Program-made: the position numbers and the translations under genes
Part shown: one piece after another, positions 1 through 12,012 of the stretch
Numbering within the stretch: position 1 is the first letter of the stretch
Layout of the letters: each line of letters begins with the position of its first letter
NCBI GenBank assembly: GCA_045690015.1
Contig: CP145877.1
Coordinates: 210,001-242,000 of the forward strand
DNA from: Candidatus Saccharimonadota bacterium
Lineage (GTDB): Bacteria; Pseudomonadota; Gammaproteobacteria; Enterobacterales; Enterobacteriaceae
DNA: 32,000 bases
Direction of reading: 5' to 3'
The notes under the pieces: generated by a model
Database searches by the model: none
What the model was told of the DNA's origin: nothing
What the model saw: the letters and a program-made list of their open reading frames with translations, nothing else

Positions 1-149
1 ATCATAGCTGAGTCAACACTTATTACTTCTACTGGAACTAATTTGCTTAATTTCATGGTTAATTCTGTCTTTCCTGAAGCCGTAGGACCCATTAAAAAAA
101 TGGCTTTAGGTAATTGAATTACTTTATTATATTGATTTTTTATCATCAT
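1..149 (-). CDS. miaA: tRNA dimethylallyltransferase MiaA, N-terminal fragment (gene runs off the left edge)
   Basis: Not in the ORF track because it is truncated. Minus-strand translation from ATG at 149 (second ATG at 146) reads [50 protein letters not shown]. This matches the E. coli MiaA N-terminus, including the P-loop GPTASGKT. It lies directly downstream of mutL as in E. coli, and its start overlaps the mutL 3' end by 23 nt. Confidence 0.9.
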   Translation of the reverse strand, partial: MMIKNQYNKVIQLPKAIFLMGPTASGKTELTMKLSKLVPVEVISVDSAM

Positions 150-1788
150 GATTTTTTAGTGCGCTTAATGCTGAATGAATATCAAGACGTTGTAAAAGAT
201 CTCTAGGGGGTGAACAGATTAAATCTGGACAAAAATTTGCTAAATCGTAAAATAAATCCATAGCTTGTGATATATTCCATTCTTTTGGTTCATGTATATC
301 TTTTCTCAAAAAATTTAGAATTTTCGTTTCTGAGATCTCCGATAAGGTTGAAAGATAACTTAAAAGTGCATAAAAGATATCGTACAATTTTTGATAACGC
401 AATATTAAAGGAACTGAACGAACGACTAATAAATTATCATCTATTACTAAGTGAATTCCAAGTTTTTGAAATAAATAATTATTATTAATAATTTTAAAGA
501 TGGTTTGTTTTTTTATATTAAAACGTAATGGAATTAATAAGGGATAAGATTTTAATCCCATATTGGATTGAAGTTGGATGAGATTCAAATATCTCTGAGC
601 TACAGACAATGCAATAAGTACGAGTCCTCGTTTATCTTCTACTAATGCAATATCTTTTTTTAGGATACTTAGTACCTTGCCAAAATTTTGAATTTTATTC
701 TGGTATGAATGCTTATATGATTCCAATTTTTCAGTATTTTTTAATATTGGCAGTTGATCCTGATTTTTGTCAAGGGTGAAATTTTGTTTCTTATATTCTT
801 TAAATTTATTTACTAAACCTTGATAAATAAACTCATATATCAATCTAGACTTATAAAATCGTACATCATGTTTGGTAGGATGTACGTTGATATCTATTTC
901 TTTTGGATTTATGTCTAAATATAAAATAAATTTCATTCGATCTTCGCCTAAAATGTCATGATATGCCTGACGGATTGCATGATGTACTAGTCTATTTTGC
1001 ACTATTCTTCCATTAACATAAAAATACTGCAAATAATTTGGAACACGTAATTCATTATTAGATAATACCCATCCATGTAATTTAATTCCTTCATTTTGCC
1101 AATTAATCATGCAGACATGAGACATAACCACATTTTTACAAAGATAAGCAATTCTCTGCTTGGGATCGAGATGATTTTTAACACAATTAAGATATTGTCG
1201 AATTAACTTTCCATTATGTGTAAGAGTAATTGAAACATCAAATCGTGCTAATGCTATACGACGTACTACTTCATCTATATGTAAAAATTCGGTTTTTTCA
1301 GTTTTTAGAAATTTTCGACGCGCTGGAGTATTATAAAATAAATCATATACTTCTGAAGTAGTACCAATAGGATGTGCTATCGGTATAAGTGTAATCTTTC
1401 GATCCTGCCATGGTATATATGCTTGCCATGCTTCGGTTTGATTTTTAGTTCTTGAGATTAATTTAAATCTTGATACTGAACTAATACTTGCTAATGCTTC
1501 ACCACGAAAACCAAAGCTAGTAATAAGATTTAAATCATCAAAAGTGGAAATTTTACTAGTAGTATGGTTATCTAATGCTAACCGCATTTCATTTTTATTA
1601 ATTCCACAACCATTATCACGAACACGGATTAATTGTACACCTCCTTTATTAATATCAATATTAATTGTGTTAGCTCCTGCATCTAAGCTGTTTTCTAAGA
1701 GTTCTTTTACTACTGAAGCAGGTCGTTCTACTACTTCTCCAGCCGCAATTTGATTGGTAATCTGTATAGGTAATTTTTGTATCGGCAT
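127..1788 (-). CDS. mutL: DNA mismatch repair protein MutL
   Basis: 553-aa ORF with ATG at 1788. The N-terminus [39 protein letters not shown] closely matches the E. coli MutL GHKL ATPase domain. It is shorter than E. coli MutL (615 aa from memory), apparently in the variable linker. Confidence 0.96.
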   Translation of the reverse strand: MPIQKLPIQITNQIAAGEVVERPASVVKELLENSLDAGANTINIDINKGGVQLIRVRDNGCGINKNEMRLALDNHTTSKISTFDDLNLITSFGFRGEALASISSVSRFKLISRTKNQTEAWQAYIPWQDRKITLIPIAHPIGTTSEVYDLFYNTPARRKFLKTEKTEFLHIDEVVRRIALARFDVSITLTHNGKLIRQYLNCVKNHLDPKQRIAYLCKNVVMSHVCMINWQNEGIKLHGWVLSNNELRVPNYLQYFYVNGRIVQNRLVHHAIRQAYHDILGEDRMKFILYLDINPKEIDINVHPTKHDVRFYKSRLIYEFIYQGLVNKFKEYKKQNFTLDKNQDQLPILKNTEKLESYKHSYQNKIQNFGKVLSILKKDIALVEDKRGLVLIALSVAQRYLNLIQLQSNMGLKSYPLLIPLRFNIKKQTIFKIINNNYLFQKLGIHLVIDDNLLVVRSVPLILRYQKLYDIFYALLSYLSTLSEISETKILNFLRKDIHEPKEWNISQAMDLFYDLANFCPDLICSPPRDLLQRLDIHSALSALKNHDDKKSI

Positions 1789-1852
1789 GGTATTGATTAT
1801 TCCTCTTATGGTTTCATATTTGAGACTATAAGATTTTTTTGATTAAAAAACT

Positions 1853-2377
1853 TTATGGTATTATGAGAGTACGATTTTTACTTAAATATGATTTTATAGT
1901 TTTTTTTCCATTTTCAGAAATACCATATATTTCAGCATTATATGTTTTTAGATTATAATAATCTAAACGAACTTCAATATCCGCAACTGGTAATATGTCA
2001 TAACACTTTTCAGGCCATTCAATAAGATAAAATTGATTCTTTTGGCAAAAAAAATAGTCTCGTATTCCAATATATTCAAGCTCCGAGGAATTAGAAAGTT
2101 GATAAAAATCAAAGTGATGAATAATAAGTTTTGAAATATAATAAGAATTTACTAATAAGTAAGTTGGACTTTTAACTTTATTTTTATAACCTAAACCATA
2201 CAGAAATCCCCTACAGAAAGTAGTTTTTCCAGTACCTAAGGGACCAGTTAACCAAATTTTATTAGTATTTATAAGATTATTTTTATTGTTATTAAAACAA
2301 ATATGCGCTATTTTGGTACCTAGAGATAAGGTTGCAGTTTCATTAGGCAATGAGAGTCTTAACAAGATATCATTCAT
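1853..2377 (-). CDS. tsaE: tRNA t6A37 biosynthesis ATPase TsaE (YjeE)
   Basis: 174-aa ORF with ATG start. It carries the Walker A motif GPLGTGKTTFCRGF typical of TsaE/YjeE and sits between nnr and mutL as in E. coli. Confidence 0.9.
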   Translation of the reverse strand: MNDILLRLSLPNETATLSLGTKIAHICFNNNKNNLINTNKIWLTGPLGTGKTTFCRGFLYGLGYKNKVKSPTYLLVNSYYISKLIIHHFDFYQLSNSSELEYIGIRDYFFCQKNQFYLIEWPEKCYDILPVADIEVRLDYYNLKTYNAEIYGISENGKKTIKSYLSKNRTLIIP

Positions 2378-2396
2378 GCAGTTAAGTGTTTAAAAT

Positions 2397-3875
2397 CTAA
2401 GTATTAATAAATTTATGAATAACACTAAATAAATCACTTGCTATAATGCCTCTAATACCACATTTCATAGATAACAAATCAGCTGCAGCACCATGTACTA
2501 TGCACCCAATGATTGCAGATTTCTCCAGAGAGATTTTTTGACCTAGAATCCCACCAATAATTCCTGATAAGACATCTCCCATTCCTGCTGTAGCCATTCC
2601 CGCATTTCCAACATCCGCAATAAAACACTCATGTTTAGTAGCAATTATTGTTCCAGCTCCTTTTAAAATAACTACTCCTCCATATTTTTGAACGAGAAGT
2701 TGTGCCGATTGTAGTCTATTACTATTGATATTATCTATATTTACATTCAATAAACGAGCTGCTTCTTTAGCATGTGGTGAAATTATCCTATGATTACAAA
2801 TATTAGGATTATTTGCTAATATATTAAGTGCATCTGCATCCCACACCATTTTCTTTTTAGATTCTTGCACTTTGTTTACAGCATCTTTTGCCAATTGTCT
2901 TAATCCCATACCAGGACCAATAATAATAGTGTCTGCCCAGTCTAACCAAAATTCTAAGGTACTTAGCGTTAATTCTTGTATCATTAATTCAGGACGTGCC
3001 GATAATATCGGTCCAATATTCTTCTTATGAGTAAGAACTTTTACTAATCCAGCTCCACTTCTTAATGCAGCTTCCGCAGCTAACCGGATTGCACCTCCTT
3101 TTTCCCGATCCCCACCAATGAACAGTAACTTTCCGTTCTCACCCTTATGAGATGTAGGCAATCGTAATGGCAAGGGATCCTTTTGTAAATACGAAAGATC
3201 AATTCTAAAGATTGATGCAGATTTTTTTTTTAACCATACATCCATTCCTAAAGAATGATAATGAAGTTGTCCTACATGATTCCGTGCTTTACCAATTAAT
3301 AATCCTGGTTTTAACGTCATAAATGTTAAAGTATGGGTAGCATTAATTACTTGTCCTGGAGTATCACCAGTCTCAGATAATAATCCTGAAGGTATATCTA
3401 TAGAGAAGATAGGTGCCTTGTATTTATTACATTTTTCAATAAGCATATCATAAGGATATATTGGAGTACGATTTAGTCCCGTCCCAAGTAATCCATCTAA
3501 AATAAGATCTATATTATCTGGCCAAGGTGTCTCACTAGAAAAAATTTTTCCTCCTAATCTTAACCAAGTATCTTTAGCTTGTATAGTCAGACTATTAGAA
3601 GTTTCTAACCCCAATAAAGTTATACTAAAATTTTTCATTTTTGCTAAACATGCAATTAGATAGGCATCTCCTCCATTATTGCCATGTCCACATAAAACCA
3701 ACCAATTTCTTGCTTTAGGCCATAATTTAATTATTAGATTGAAAGCCGCCTGTGCAGCACGTTGCATCAGGTCAAATAAAGTAATACCAATACTATTGGC
3801 TGCTTCATACTCCATTTGTTTTATATTTTTTGTAGACCATACTTCAAAAGGCAAATCCTTTCTATAGTTTATCAT
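2397..3875 (-). CDS. nnr: bifunctional NAD(P)H-hydrate repair enzyme Nnr (YjeF: epimerase plus ADP-dependent dehydratase)
   Basis: 492-aa ORF with ATG start. It has the YjeF_N motif CGHGNNGGDAY and a C-terminal carbohydrate-kinase-like domain (IGPGMG, GMGDVLSG). Its position upstream of tsaE matches E. coli. Confidence 0.93.
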   Translation of the reverse strand: MINYRKDLPFEVWSTKNIKQMEYEAANSIGITLFDLMQRAAQAAFNLIIKLWPKARNWLVLCGHGNNGGDAYLIACLAKMKNFSITLLGLETSNSLTIQAKDTWLRLGGKIFSSETPWPDNIDLILDGLLGTGLNRTPIYPYDMLIEKCNKYKAPIFSIDIPSGLLSETGDTPGQVINATHTLTFMTLKPGLLIGKARNHVGQLHYHSLGMDVWLKKKSASIFRIDLSYLQKDPLPLRLPTSHKGENGKLLFIGGDREKGGAIRLAAEAALRSGAGLVKVLTHKKNIGPILSARPELMIQELTLSTLEFWLDWADTIIIGPGMGLRQLAKDAVNKVQESKKKMVWDADALNILANNPNICNHRIISPHAKEAARLLNVNIDNINSNRLQSAQLLVQKYGGVVILKGAGTIIATKHECFIADVGNAGMATAGMGDVLSGIIGGILGQKISLEKSAIIGCIVHGAAADLLSMKCGIRGIIASDLFSVIHKFINT

Positions 3876-3896
3876 TGAGTTTATATAAGAAAATTA

Positions 3897-3972
<76 letters not shown>

Positions 3973-4030
3973 TAAAAATTAGAAAATATTATATAACATA
4001 TATATTTTTAGCAAGTATAAAAATCCGCAA

Positions 4031-4573
4031 TTATAACTGAATAAAATGTTCACGATAATAAGCTAATTCTGCTACTGATTCACGAATATCTTCTAAAGCT
4101 TGATGAGTTCCACGTTTCTTAATTCCCTGTAGTATATTTGGTTTCCATCGCCGAGCAAGCTCTTGAAGCGTACTAACATCTAAATAACGATAGTTAAAAT
4201 ACGCTTCTAGTTCTGGCATATAACGAATTAAAAAACGTCGATCCTGACCAATACTATTTCCACAAATAGGTGAGGTATTTTCTGGAACCCATTTCTTTAA
4301 AAATTCTAAAGTTGCTAATTCCGCATCTCGTTCAGTGTATGTACTTGCTATAACACGATTAATTAATCCCGTAGCACTATGAGTTCGTAAATTCCATTGA
4401 TCCATTCCGGCTAATTTCACCGAGCATTGATGTACGGCTAATACTGGTCCTTCTGCTAAAATATTTAGACTTACATCAGTAACTAAAGTGGCGATTTCAA
4501 TAATCCTATCATGCATCGGATCTAAACCAGTCATTTCAAGATCAATCCAAATAAGATTTTTCTTGTTTATCAT
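4031..4573 (-). CDS. orn: oligoribonuclease Orn
   Basis: The translation [14 protein letters not shown]...[13 protein letters not shown]...[22 protein letters not shown] closely matches E. coli Orn (181 aa). The ORF-track start at 4576 is a TTG codon, so I prefer the adjacent ATG at 4573. An AAGGAG sequence lies upstream at 4589-4594. Confidence 0.93.
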   Translation of the reverse strand: MINKKNLIWIDLEMTGLDPMHDRIIEIATLVTDVSLNILAEGPVLAVHQCSVKLAGMDQWNLRTHSATGLINRVIASTYTERDAELATLEFLKKWVPENTSPICGNSIGQDRRFLIRYMPELEAYFNYRYLDVSTLQELARRWKPNILQGIKKRGTHQALEDIRESVAELAYYREHFIQL

Positions 4574-4679
4574 CAAAATTATTTTTTTCTCCTTGACTTC
4601 TATTAATGGGATTTACTTTATCTAAATCTCTGGTTATTTTACTTAGGTATATATATTGATAATATCTTAAATGATCTAA

Positions 4680-5246
4680 TTATTTTATGCGCGAAATGTA
4701 CTCACCAGATTGTGTATTGATTTTTACTATTTCTCCTATTTTAACAAATAAAGGCACTTTTACTATTGCTCCAGTACTTAATGTTGCATACTTAGTTCCT
4801 GTAGTTACTGAATCTCCTTTGAAACTAGGATCGGTATGAATAATTGGTAATTCAACAAAATTAGGGGGACTAACAATGATAGGATTACCATTCCAAAAAG
4901 TTACAATACATGATGCCTGTTCAGTAATCCATTTTTGATTATCTCTCACTACCTTATTACTTATATGAAATTGTTCGAAAGTATTATTATCCATAAAATA
5001 CCAAATTACACCATCGTTATATAAGTAGGTTAGATTAATTTCAATCACATCAGCTTCTTCTACTGTATCAGTAGCTCGAAAGGTTTTTTCAATTTGGTTT
5101 CCCGTAAATAATCTTCGCATTTTAACTCGTACAAAAGCTTGTCCTTTACCAGGTTTTACAAACTCACTAGTTTCAATAGTATAAGGTTCTTCATGAAAGA
5201 TAATTTTTAAACCAGGATAAAAATCCTTACTTAAATAAGTAGTCAT
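4680..5246 (-). CDS. efp: translation elongation factor P
   Basis: 188-aa ORF, the same length as E. coli EF-P. It contains the conserved loop [17 protein letters not shown], which carries the modified Lys34. Confidence 0.96.
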   Translation of the reverse strand: MTTYLSKDFYPGLKIIFHEEPYTIETSEFVKPGKGQAFVRVKMRRLFTGNQIEKTFRATDTVEEADVIEINLTYLYNDGVIWYFMDNNTFEQFHISNKVVRDNQKWITEQASCIVTFWNGNPIIVSPPNFVELPIIHTDPSFKGDSVTTGTKYATLSTGAIVKVPLFVKIGEIVKINTQSGEYISRIK

Positions 5247-5296
5247 ACTAATTTATTTTATTTAGAGGGAGCATTTTTTAAATTCATTAAAAATTA

Positions 5297-7102
5297 TTAA
5301 ATTAAATAGTTGTTATTTAACCAATTAATTATTTGATGCTGTATTCCAACCGCATCTAATCCATAGCAACTTCTAATCTCTTCCTGTGAACCATGTGGAA
5401 TAAATTCATCTGGTAGACCAATATTTAAAATAGGAATATAAATACGGTTACTTATAATAAATTCATTTACCGCACTTCCAGCTCCTCCTTTGATAGCACT
5501 TTCTTCTAAAGTAATCAAAATCTCATGATTTCTAGCTAGTTCCAATATATGTAATTCGTCAAGTGGTTTAACAAAACGCATATCAACTAGTGTTGCATTA
5601 AGATTTTCAGAAACTATTACAGCTTGAGACAATAAATGTCCAAAATTAAGAATTGCTATTTTTTTTCCGGTTCTTTTTATAATGCTTTTTCCAATAGGTA
5701 GAACCGATAATGGTATAGTTAATAATTCCGAGTTTATTTGGGAATTCTGGCTAGCACCGCGGGGATATCTTACTGCACTGGGACCATTATAATTATACCC
5801 CGTATATAACATATGTCTTAATTCGCTTTCATCACTAGGAGTCATTATAATAATATTAGGTATACAACGTAAAAAACAAATGTCAAATATTCCTTGATGA
5901 GTTTGACCGTCAAAACCAACAATACCAGCACGATCTATAGCCAACAAAATCTGGAGTTTAGGAATAGCTATATCATGAATAAGTTGATCATAGGATCTCT
6001 GTAAAAATGTAGAATAAATAGAAACAACCGGTTTATATCCTCCTATTGCTAAACCAGCTGCAAATGTTAGAGCATGTTGTTCTGCAATTGCTACGTCGAA
6101 ATATTGTTTGGGATACTTTTCTGAAAAACCTTTCATTCCAGAACCCTCACACATTGCTGGAGTAATAGCTATCAATTTCTCATCATTTTTAGCAATTTCA
6201 TTTAACCATAAACCAAAAGTGTTTGAAAAATTAATAATGTTTTTTTTAGGATGATTATTATTAGTACCTACAGTATTTTTTTTAGGTTCATTTACAGCAT
6301 GCCATTTAATGGGATCTTTTTCAGCAGGAATATAACCCTTACCTTTTTTAGTAATAACATGCAAAAACTGAGGTCCCGAAAAACTACGGACTTTTTCTAA
6401 CACTTCTATTAAAGTAAATAAATTATGTCCATCACAAGGACCTATATAGTTAAAACCTAATAATTCAAAAATAGTTTTTCTTTTAATCATATCTCGATCT
6501 GATAATGTAGATAGATGCTGTTTTAAAGCCCCTACATTTTCTGAAATAGACATGTTATTATCATTAAGAATTATTAGAAAGTCAGGTTTAATATCTCCAG
6601 CATTATTGAGAGCTTCAAAAGCTATTCCAGCAGTTATAGCACCATCACCAATGACGCATACAGTACGACGACCTTTATTTTCTTTAGCTGAAGCTATTGC
6701 TATCCCTAATCCAGCACTAATAGAAGTAGACGAATGACCAGTCGTGAGAACATCATATGAGCTTTCATCTCTACATGGAAATGGATGGAGTCCATCTTTT
6801 TTACGAATAGTATGGATAGTATCACGACGACCAGTAAGAATTTTATGTGCATATGCTTGATGTCCAATATCCCATATTAAATAATCAAAGGGAGTATTAT
6901 AAACATAATGTAAAGCTACTGTTAATTCAATAACACCTAATCCTGAAGCTAGATGTCCGGTATTAACCGTAACCATATCGAGTAAATAATTACGTAATTC
7001 ATTACATAATTCAGGTAAATCTTTTTTTGGTAAATCCCGAAGTTTTTGTACTGAATCTATACTTCCAAGTAGCGGATATTTTTTCATATTAAAATTAATC
7101 AT
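5297..7102 (-). CDS. dxs: 1-deoxy-D-xylulose-5-phosphate synthase
   Basis: 601-aa ORF with ATG start. Long collinear matches to E. coli Dxs include [46 protein letters not shown] and [16 protein letters not shown]. It is the last gene of an xseB-ispA-dxs string as in E. coli. Confidence 0.97.
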   Translation of the reverse strand: MINFNMKKYPLLGSIDSVQKLRDLPKKDLPELCNELRNYLLDMVTVNTGHLASGLGVIELTVALHYVYNTPFDYLIWDIGHQAYAHKILTGRRDTIHTIRKKDGLHPFPCRDESSYDVLTTGHSSTSISAGLGIAIASAKENKGRRTVCVIGDGAITAGIAFEALNNAGDIKPDFLIILNDNNMSISENVGALKQHLSTLSDRDMIKRKTIFELLGFNYIGPCDGHNLFTLIEVLEKVRSFSGPQFLHVITKKGKGYIPAEKDPIKWHAVNEPKKNTVGTNNNHPKKNIINFSNTFGLWLNEIAKNDEKLIAITPAMCEGSGMKGFSEKYPKQYFDVAIAEQHALTFAAGLAIGGYKPVVSIYSTFLQRSYDQLIHDIAIPKLQILLAIDRAGIVGFDGQTHQGIFDICFLRCIPNIIIMTPSDESELRHMLYTGYNYNGPSAVRYPRGASQNSQINSELLTIPLSVLPIGKSIIKRTGKKIAILNFGHLLSQAVIVSENLNATLVDMRFVKPLDELHILELARNHEILITLEESAIKGGAGSAVNEFIISNRIYIPILNIGLPDEFIPHGSQEEIRSCYGLDAVGIQHQIINWLNNNYLI

Positions 7103-7118
7103 AGTAATTAGTAATTAA

Positions 7119-8033
7119 TTATTTATCACGTTTAATGATATAGTTTGCTAACGCTTTCAAAGCGCTGGTATTAAACGAATAATTATTGATAGCTTTTAAA
7201 GCTTCCATAGCTTGATTATATAAGTTACAAGCTTCAGTACGAGCATTTTCAAGTCCTAGTACAGATGGAAAGGTATTTTTTCTTAAATCTTTATCCGATC
7301 CTGGAATTTTACCTATTACTTTGGGTTGACCTATAACATCTAAAATATCATCTTGTACTTGAAATGCTAATCCAATAGCTTGAGCATAATTATCCAATGC
7401 TGAAAATACTATTTTACGTGTTTTATTATTAATAAAATAAGAACAAGTTAATGCTCCTAATTTAACCGACGCTTTAATTAATGCTCCCGTTTTATGGTAA
7501 TGAATTACTTTTAATTTCTCAGCATTTATGCTTTCTCCACTTTCTATCAAATCAAATGCTTGGCCACTGCACATGCCTGCTACACCACTTGCCTGGGCTA
7601 GCTCTTTTATCATTTCCAAGCGATTATTCATTTCCACCTCAGGCATAGGGGTTTCAGTAAGAATTGAAAAAGCAAGAGTCTGTAATGCATCACCTGCTAA
7701 AATAGCTATTGGTTGTCCAAATTTTATATGACAAGTTGGTTTTCCACGACGGAATAATCCATTATCCATAACTGGCAAATCATCATGAATTAAAGAATAA
7801 GCATGAATGCATTCTACTGCGGCTGCAGGAACATCCAAACTAGAATTATTCGAGTTGAACATTTCACCAATTGCATAAACTAGAAAAGGACGTAATCGTT
7901 TACCATTCGATAAAATGCCATATTTCATAGCATTAACTAATTGACTATCTTGAAATGGCAAATTTTGCATAAAATTCTTTAATACAAAATTAATGCGTTT
8001 TTGATAATCCTCAAGTAAATTTTTAAAATTCAT
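7119..8033 (-). CDS. ispA: farnesyl diphosphate synthase (geranyltranstransferase)
   Basis: 304-aa ORF. It has both Asp-rich polyprenyl synthase motifs (LIHDDLPVMDN and FQVQDDILD) and sits between xseB and dxs. Confidence 0.95.
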   Translation of the reverse strand: MNFKNLLEDYQKRINFVLKNFMQNLPFQDSQLVNAMKYGILSNGKRLRPFLVYAIGEMFNSNNSSLDVPAAAVECIHAYSLIHDDLPVMDNGLFRRGKPTCHIKFGQPIAILAGDALQTLAFSILTETPMPEVEMNNRLEMIKELAQASGVAGMCSGQAFDLIESGESINAEKLKVIHYHKTGALIKASVKLGALTCSYFINNKTRKIVFSALDNYAQAIGLAFQVQDDILDVIGQPKVIGKIPGSDKDLRKNTFPSVLGLENARTEACNLYNQAMEALKAINNYSFNTSALKALANYIIKRDK

Positions 8034-8035
8034 TT

Positions 8036-8299
8036 TTATTCACTATCACAATTATTTTTATCCTCTTTTATAAAAGAGGATAATTCTGAATTAGTTTCTG
8101 AGTTAAGTAAAATTTGAATACGTTGTTCTGCTTGCTGCAATTTTTTTTGACTTAATCGAGCCAAGTATACTCCTTTTTCAAAAGCACTGAGGGCTTCTTC
8201 TAAAGATAATTCTCCATTTTCTAAATAGCTTACTATTTTTTCTAGTTCTTTTAAAGAAGATTCAAAATTAATTGTCGAATAATTATCATCTTTAAGCAT
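8036..8299 (-). CDS. xseB: exodeoxyribonuclease VII small subunit
   Basis: 87-aa ORF. The segment [53 protein letters not shown] matches the XseB helical hairpin. Its stop lies 2 nt before the ispA start. Confidence 0.9.
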   Translation of the reverse strand: MLKDDNYSTINFESSLKELEKIVSYLENGELSLEEALSAFEKGVYLARLSQKKLQQAEQRIQILLNSETNSELSSFIKEDKNNCDSE

Positions 8300-8349
8300 A
8301 GTTAATACTCAAAATTTTTATAACCTAATATTGATTTATATCATATGGA

Positions 8350-9744
8350 TTATTTTCCAATACAAAACTTTGAAAATATTTTTTCTAATAGATCTTTTGA
8401 AGAAAATTCTCCAACTATATTACTAAGAGCTTCTTGAGTTAAGCGTAATTCTTCAGCTAGTAACTCATAAGAATAACAAGAATTTTTAATAAATTCTTGT
8501 TTTCCTTGTTCTAAATGTAACATAGCAAAAGATAAAGCTTGTAAATGACGCTGTCTAGCCATAAAAACTCCTTCTGTGGTATTAACCATGCCCATGCTTT
8601 TTTTTAAATGACAACGTAATAATTCTATTCCTTCCCCAGTTTTAGCATAAATATTAATAATTACACGATCAGATAATCGGATTAATTTAGAAGATAAGGG
8701 TGTCTTAATATCGGTTAGATTATTTACTATAGTTAATGGAATTGATCTAGGTATTTTATCAAAAAAATCCGGTAATATAAAACTTAAATCTGCAGTAAGA
8801 TCTAGTAATTGATTATTTACTACTAATATTATATGATCGGCAGTTTTTATTTCTTGTATAGCACGCTCTATTCCAATTAATTCCACGATATTATTAGTTT
8901 TATGTAAGCCTGCTGTATCAATTATATGTAGTGGCATGCCTTCAATATTAATATATTCATGTAACATATCTCTTGTCGTACCAACATGATCTGCAACTAT
9001 TGCTATTGGTTTTCCGACAAGTAGATTAAAAATAGTTGACTTGCCAACATTAGGAGCACCAATAATTACTGCTTTACGTCCTTCTCTTAACAATGCTCCT
9101 TGAAAAGAAACTGCATGTACTTCTTTAAGGATTTTAATAATTTTATTAAGATCATGATCAATTTGATTTTTAGATAAATAATTTACATCATCTTCAGTAG
9201 GAAAATTAATTGCTGATTCTAAATCCGTACGCAAATCTGTTAGCAAGTTTGCTAAAAAACGAATTTTATCCGAAAAGATGCCTTGTAAAGAATTAAATGC
9301 TGAACGAGCCGCTTGTTCAGAAGTAGCATTGATTAAGTCTGCAATGGCTTCTACTTGGACTAAGTCAATTTTCTTATTAAGAAATGCACGTTCGGTGAAT
9401 TCTCCGGGCTTAGCAATACGAACTTCAGGAATATTAGAAATAATTTTTAATAACATATTTACGATTATAGGACTTCCATGACTATGTAACTCCAATACAT
9501 TTTCACCTGTAAAAGAATAGGGAGCAGGAAACCATAAAGTAATGCCTTTATCAATAATACGCCCTTTTTCATCATAAAAGGATAGATAATCAGCATATCG
9601 AGGACATGGTAATTTTCCTAAGACTTGTTCTGCTACTTGGGATGTCCTTTCACCCGAAATACGTATTACACTTATTCCTCCATAACCTGGAGGAGTTGCT
9701 TGAGCAACAATCGTATCTTTAGATTTGTTATAATTAAAATTCAT
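8350..9744 (-). CDS. mnmE: tRNA modification GTPase MnmE (TrmE/ThdF)
   Basis: It has DTIVAQATPPGYGGISVIRISG near the N-terminus, G-domain motifs GAPNVGKST and DTAGL, and the C-terminal CIGK. The track start at 9759 is a TTG giving MIYIV. The ATG at 9744 (MNFNYNKSKDTIVAQ) aligns better with E. coli MSDNDTIVAQ. Confidence 0.94.
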   Translation of the reverse strand: MNFNYNKSKDTIVAQATPPGYGGISVIRISGERTSQVAEQVLGKLPCPRYADYLSFYDEKGRIIDKGITLWFPAPYSFTGENVLELHSHGSPIIVNMLLKIISNIPEVRIAKPGEFTERAFLNKKIDLVQVEAIADLINATSEQAARSAFNSLQGIFSDKIRFLANLLTDLRTDLESAINFPTEDDVNYLSKNQIDHDLNKIIKILKEVHAVSFQGALLREGRKAVIIGAPNVGKSTIFNLLVGKPIAIVADHVGTTRDMLHEYINIEGMPLHIIDTAGLHKTNNIVELIGIERAIQEIKTADHIILVVNNQLLDLTADLSFILPDFFDKIPRSIPLTIVNNLTDIKTPLSSKLIRLSDRVIINIYAKTGEGIELLRCHLKKSMGMVNTTEGVFMARQRHLQALSFAMLHLEQGKQEFIKNSCYSYELLAEELRLTQEALSNIVGEFSSKDLLEKIFSKFCIGK

Positions 9745-9779
9745 TACAATATAAATCAATCTAGTTAATAATAACTTAC

Positions 9780-11384
9780 TTAATGAGTATTATTTTTATA
9801 CAGACCTTGTTTCTTTAATTTATGAGAAATTAATTGTTGTTGAAGAATAGTAACTATATTACTTACAATATAATATAAAACTAATCCCGATGGAAACCAT
9901 AAAAAGAACAATGTAAATATAAGAGGCATATATATCATAATTTTTTCTTGCATTGGATCTGCTATAGTAGCAGGAGACATTTTTTGAATTATAAACATAG
10001 TGATACCCATTAAAATCGGTAGAATATAATATGGATCTTGAGCTGATAAATCCTTTATCCATAATATAAAAGGAGCATGTCTTAATTCCACTGCATTAAT
10101 TAACATATAATAAAGAGCTAAAAAAATTGGCATTTGAATTATTAACGGAAAACATCCTCCTAAAGGATTAACCTTTTCTGATTTATATAATGCCATAATT
10201 TCCTGGCTCATTCTTTGTTTATTATTTCCCACACGATCACGAATAGCCTGTATTTTGGGTTGTAATGATCGCATCTTTGCTACTGAAGTATATTGTGCTT
10301 TGGTTAAAGGATACATAATTATTCTAACTATAAGAGTAGTTAGTATTATAGAAAAACCCCAATTACCTATTTTCACTTGTATGTATTTCAACAATTTAAA
10401 TAAAGGTTGAGAAATAAACCATAACCATCCGTAATCTACGGTAAAATCTAAATATGGTGCTGCTAAAGCCATTTTATCTTGAAGTTTAGGACCTAGCCAT
10501 AAAGTAGCTGACAGATTTTTAGTTTCTCCAGGATGGATAGTTATTGGATCAGATTGATAACCTATAGAAACCATTCCTGCTTTATCATTTTTATTAGTAT
10601 AAAAGATATTTGTACCTTTACTATGGGGAATCCAAGCTGTTACAAAGTATTGTTGTAACATTGCTATCCAACCATTTAATGTTCTAACATTAAGATTATT
10701 ATCAATTTTACTAAATTTATATGTTTTATATTTATTGTACATAGTAGAATATGCTATAGACCGATGATTTCCTGAACTAAAATGATTATGTACAGCAGCA
10801 ATACTTGATTGTTTTAACTCTCCAAACATAGATACTTTCATTGGATATAAATTTGTATTAGTAAGCTGATAATTTACATCGATAGAATATTGATTTCTCT
10901 TAAAGGAGAAGATTTTCGTATAACTCAGACCATTACTTTCTGTCCAATATAAAGGGATCTCTAACTGATTTTGTCCTTTATTCATCATATATGTATCATG
11001 TTTCACATGATATATAGGCTTGGTTTGTTGCATTTTTGTAGAATGGTTATTCCACATTGATAATCCGCTTTGTGCTTTATAAAAAAAATCTTGATTCGTT
11101 TGAAGTAGCTTAAAAGGATGATTAATATTTGATTTTTCTGGATAAGATAATAACTGAGCTTGGATAATATCTCCACCATAAGTATTGATGCGTAATGAGA
11201 AGAGATCAGTTTTAACGAAGATTATCTTACCTTTTTTCTCAACCGGAAAAATTTTTTGTTTGTAAACAACATTTTTTAGGTGATTGGGTTGTAATTGCAT
11301 ATAAGGATCATTTTGCCAAGTTTGCCACATGATAAAACATACGAATATAAAAGCAATCAATATAAAATTACGTTGTGAATCCAT
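9780..11384 (-). CDS. yidC: membrane protein insertase YidC
   Basis: 534-aa ORF with an N-terminal TM helix, a large periplasmic domain and a conserved C-terminal core ([36 protein letters not shown]). It follows the rpmH-rnpA-yidD-yidC-mnmE order seen in E. coli. Confidence 0.96.
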   Translation of the reverse strand: MDSQRNFILIAFIFVCFIMWQTWQNDPYMQLQPNHLKNVVYKQKIFPVEKKGKIIFVKTDLFSLRINTYGGDIIQAQLLSYPEKSNINHPFKLLQTNQDFFYKAQSGLSMWNNHSTKMQQTKPIYHVKHDTYMMNKGQNQLEIPLYWTESNGLSYTKIFSFKRNQYSIDVNYQLTNTNLYPMKVSMFGELKQSSIAAVHNHFSSGNHRSIAYSTMYNKYKTYKFSKIDNNLNVRTLNGWIAMLQQYFVTAWIPHSKGTNIFYTNKNDKAGMVSIGYQSDPITIHPGETKNLSATLWLGPKLQDKMALAAPYLDFTVDYGWLWFISQPLFKLLKYIQVKIGNWGFSIILTTLIVRIIMYPLTKAQYTSVAKMRSLQPKIQAIRDRVGNNKQRMSQEIMALYKSEKVNPLGGCFPLIIQMPIFLALYYMLINAVELRHAPFILWIKDLSAQDPYYILPILMGITMFIIQKMSPATIADPMQEKIMIYMPLIFTLFFLWFPSGLVLYYIVSNIVTILQQQLISHKLKKQGLYKNNTH

Positions 11385-11386
11385 TA

Positions 11387-11653
11387 TTAATTTTCTCTAG
11401 TTGTTCTTTTTTTCTTTGGCACTGGATTATTCATCTCATAACTTAAATTTAAAGGATGACATCTAACTATGCGTTTTATAGTTAAAAAAGTTCCTTTTAT
11501 AATTCCAAATTTAGTTATAGCTTCAGTACTATACTGAGAACAAGTTGGTCTAAAACGACAGCGTGGATTTATTAACCTGCTAATAAATTTTTGATAAATA
11601 TAAATCACGGTTATCAATGATTTTTTGAGATTCAAATAGAATAATGATCCCAT
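11387..11653 (-). CDS. yidD: membrane protein insertion efficiency factor YidD
   Basis: 88-aa ORF. The segment [50 protein letters not shown] matches YidD. It overlaps the rnpA 3' end by 22 nt, and its stop lies 2 nt before the yidC start. Confidence 0.88.
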   Translation of the reverse strand: MGSLFYLNLKKSLITVIYIYQKFISRLINPRCRFRPTCSQYSTEAITKFGIIKGTFLTIKRIVRCHPLNLSYEMNNPVPKKKRTTREN

Positions 11654-11979
11654 AGCTTGTTAAGTTTTTCGATGATTATTTTATTCTTCATTAAAGATAA
11701 TTCTTGTTTTATAATCAGAATAAAATCCATTGATGGTAATTTTTCTTGATTTAAACGAAAACTTTCACGGATTAATCGTTTTATCCTATTACGTTGATAT
11801 GCATGCTGTACTTGATTTTTACTAATAATGAATCCAATTCTAGCATGTTTACAACTATTAGGACAATGTAAGGTCATAATATATGATCTATTTATTTTTA
11901 TTGATTGTTGCAGAACCCAGTTAAAGTCTTTGGATTTGAATAAACGTAATTGTCTCGGAAAATTATAATATTTTATCAT
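11632..11979 (-). CDS. rnpA: ribonuclease P protein component
   Basis: 115-aa basic ORF immediately downstream of rpmH. It contains the RNR-type motif HAYQRNRIKRLIRESFR. It ends in TGA. Confidence 0.93.
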   Translation of the reverse strand: MIKYYNFPRQLRLFKSKDFNWVLQQSIKINRSYIMTLHCPNSCKHARIGFIISKNQVQHAYQRNRIKRLIRESFRLNQEKLPSMDFILIIKQELSLMKNKIIIEKLNKLWDHYSI

Positions 11980-12012
11980 CCTAAGTTCTTCAAGATTACA
12001 TCATGCTATCAT

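Noticed and set aside
9859-10062. 67-aa minus-strand ORF inside yidC, on the same strand but in a different frame
   Set aside because: It is fully nested in the conserved C-terminal core of yidC, and nothing supports a second coding frame.
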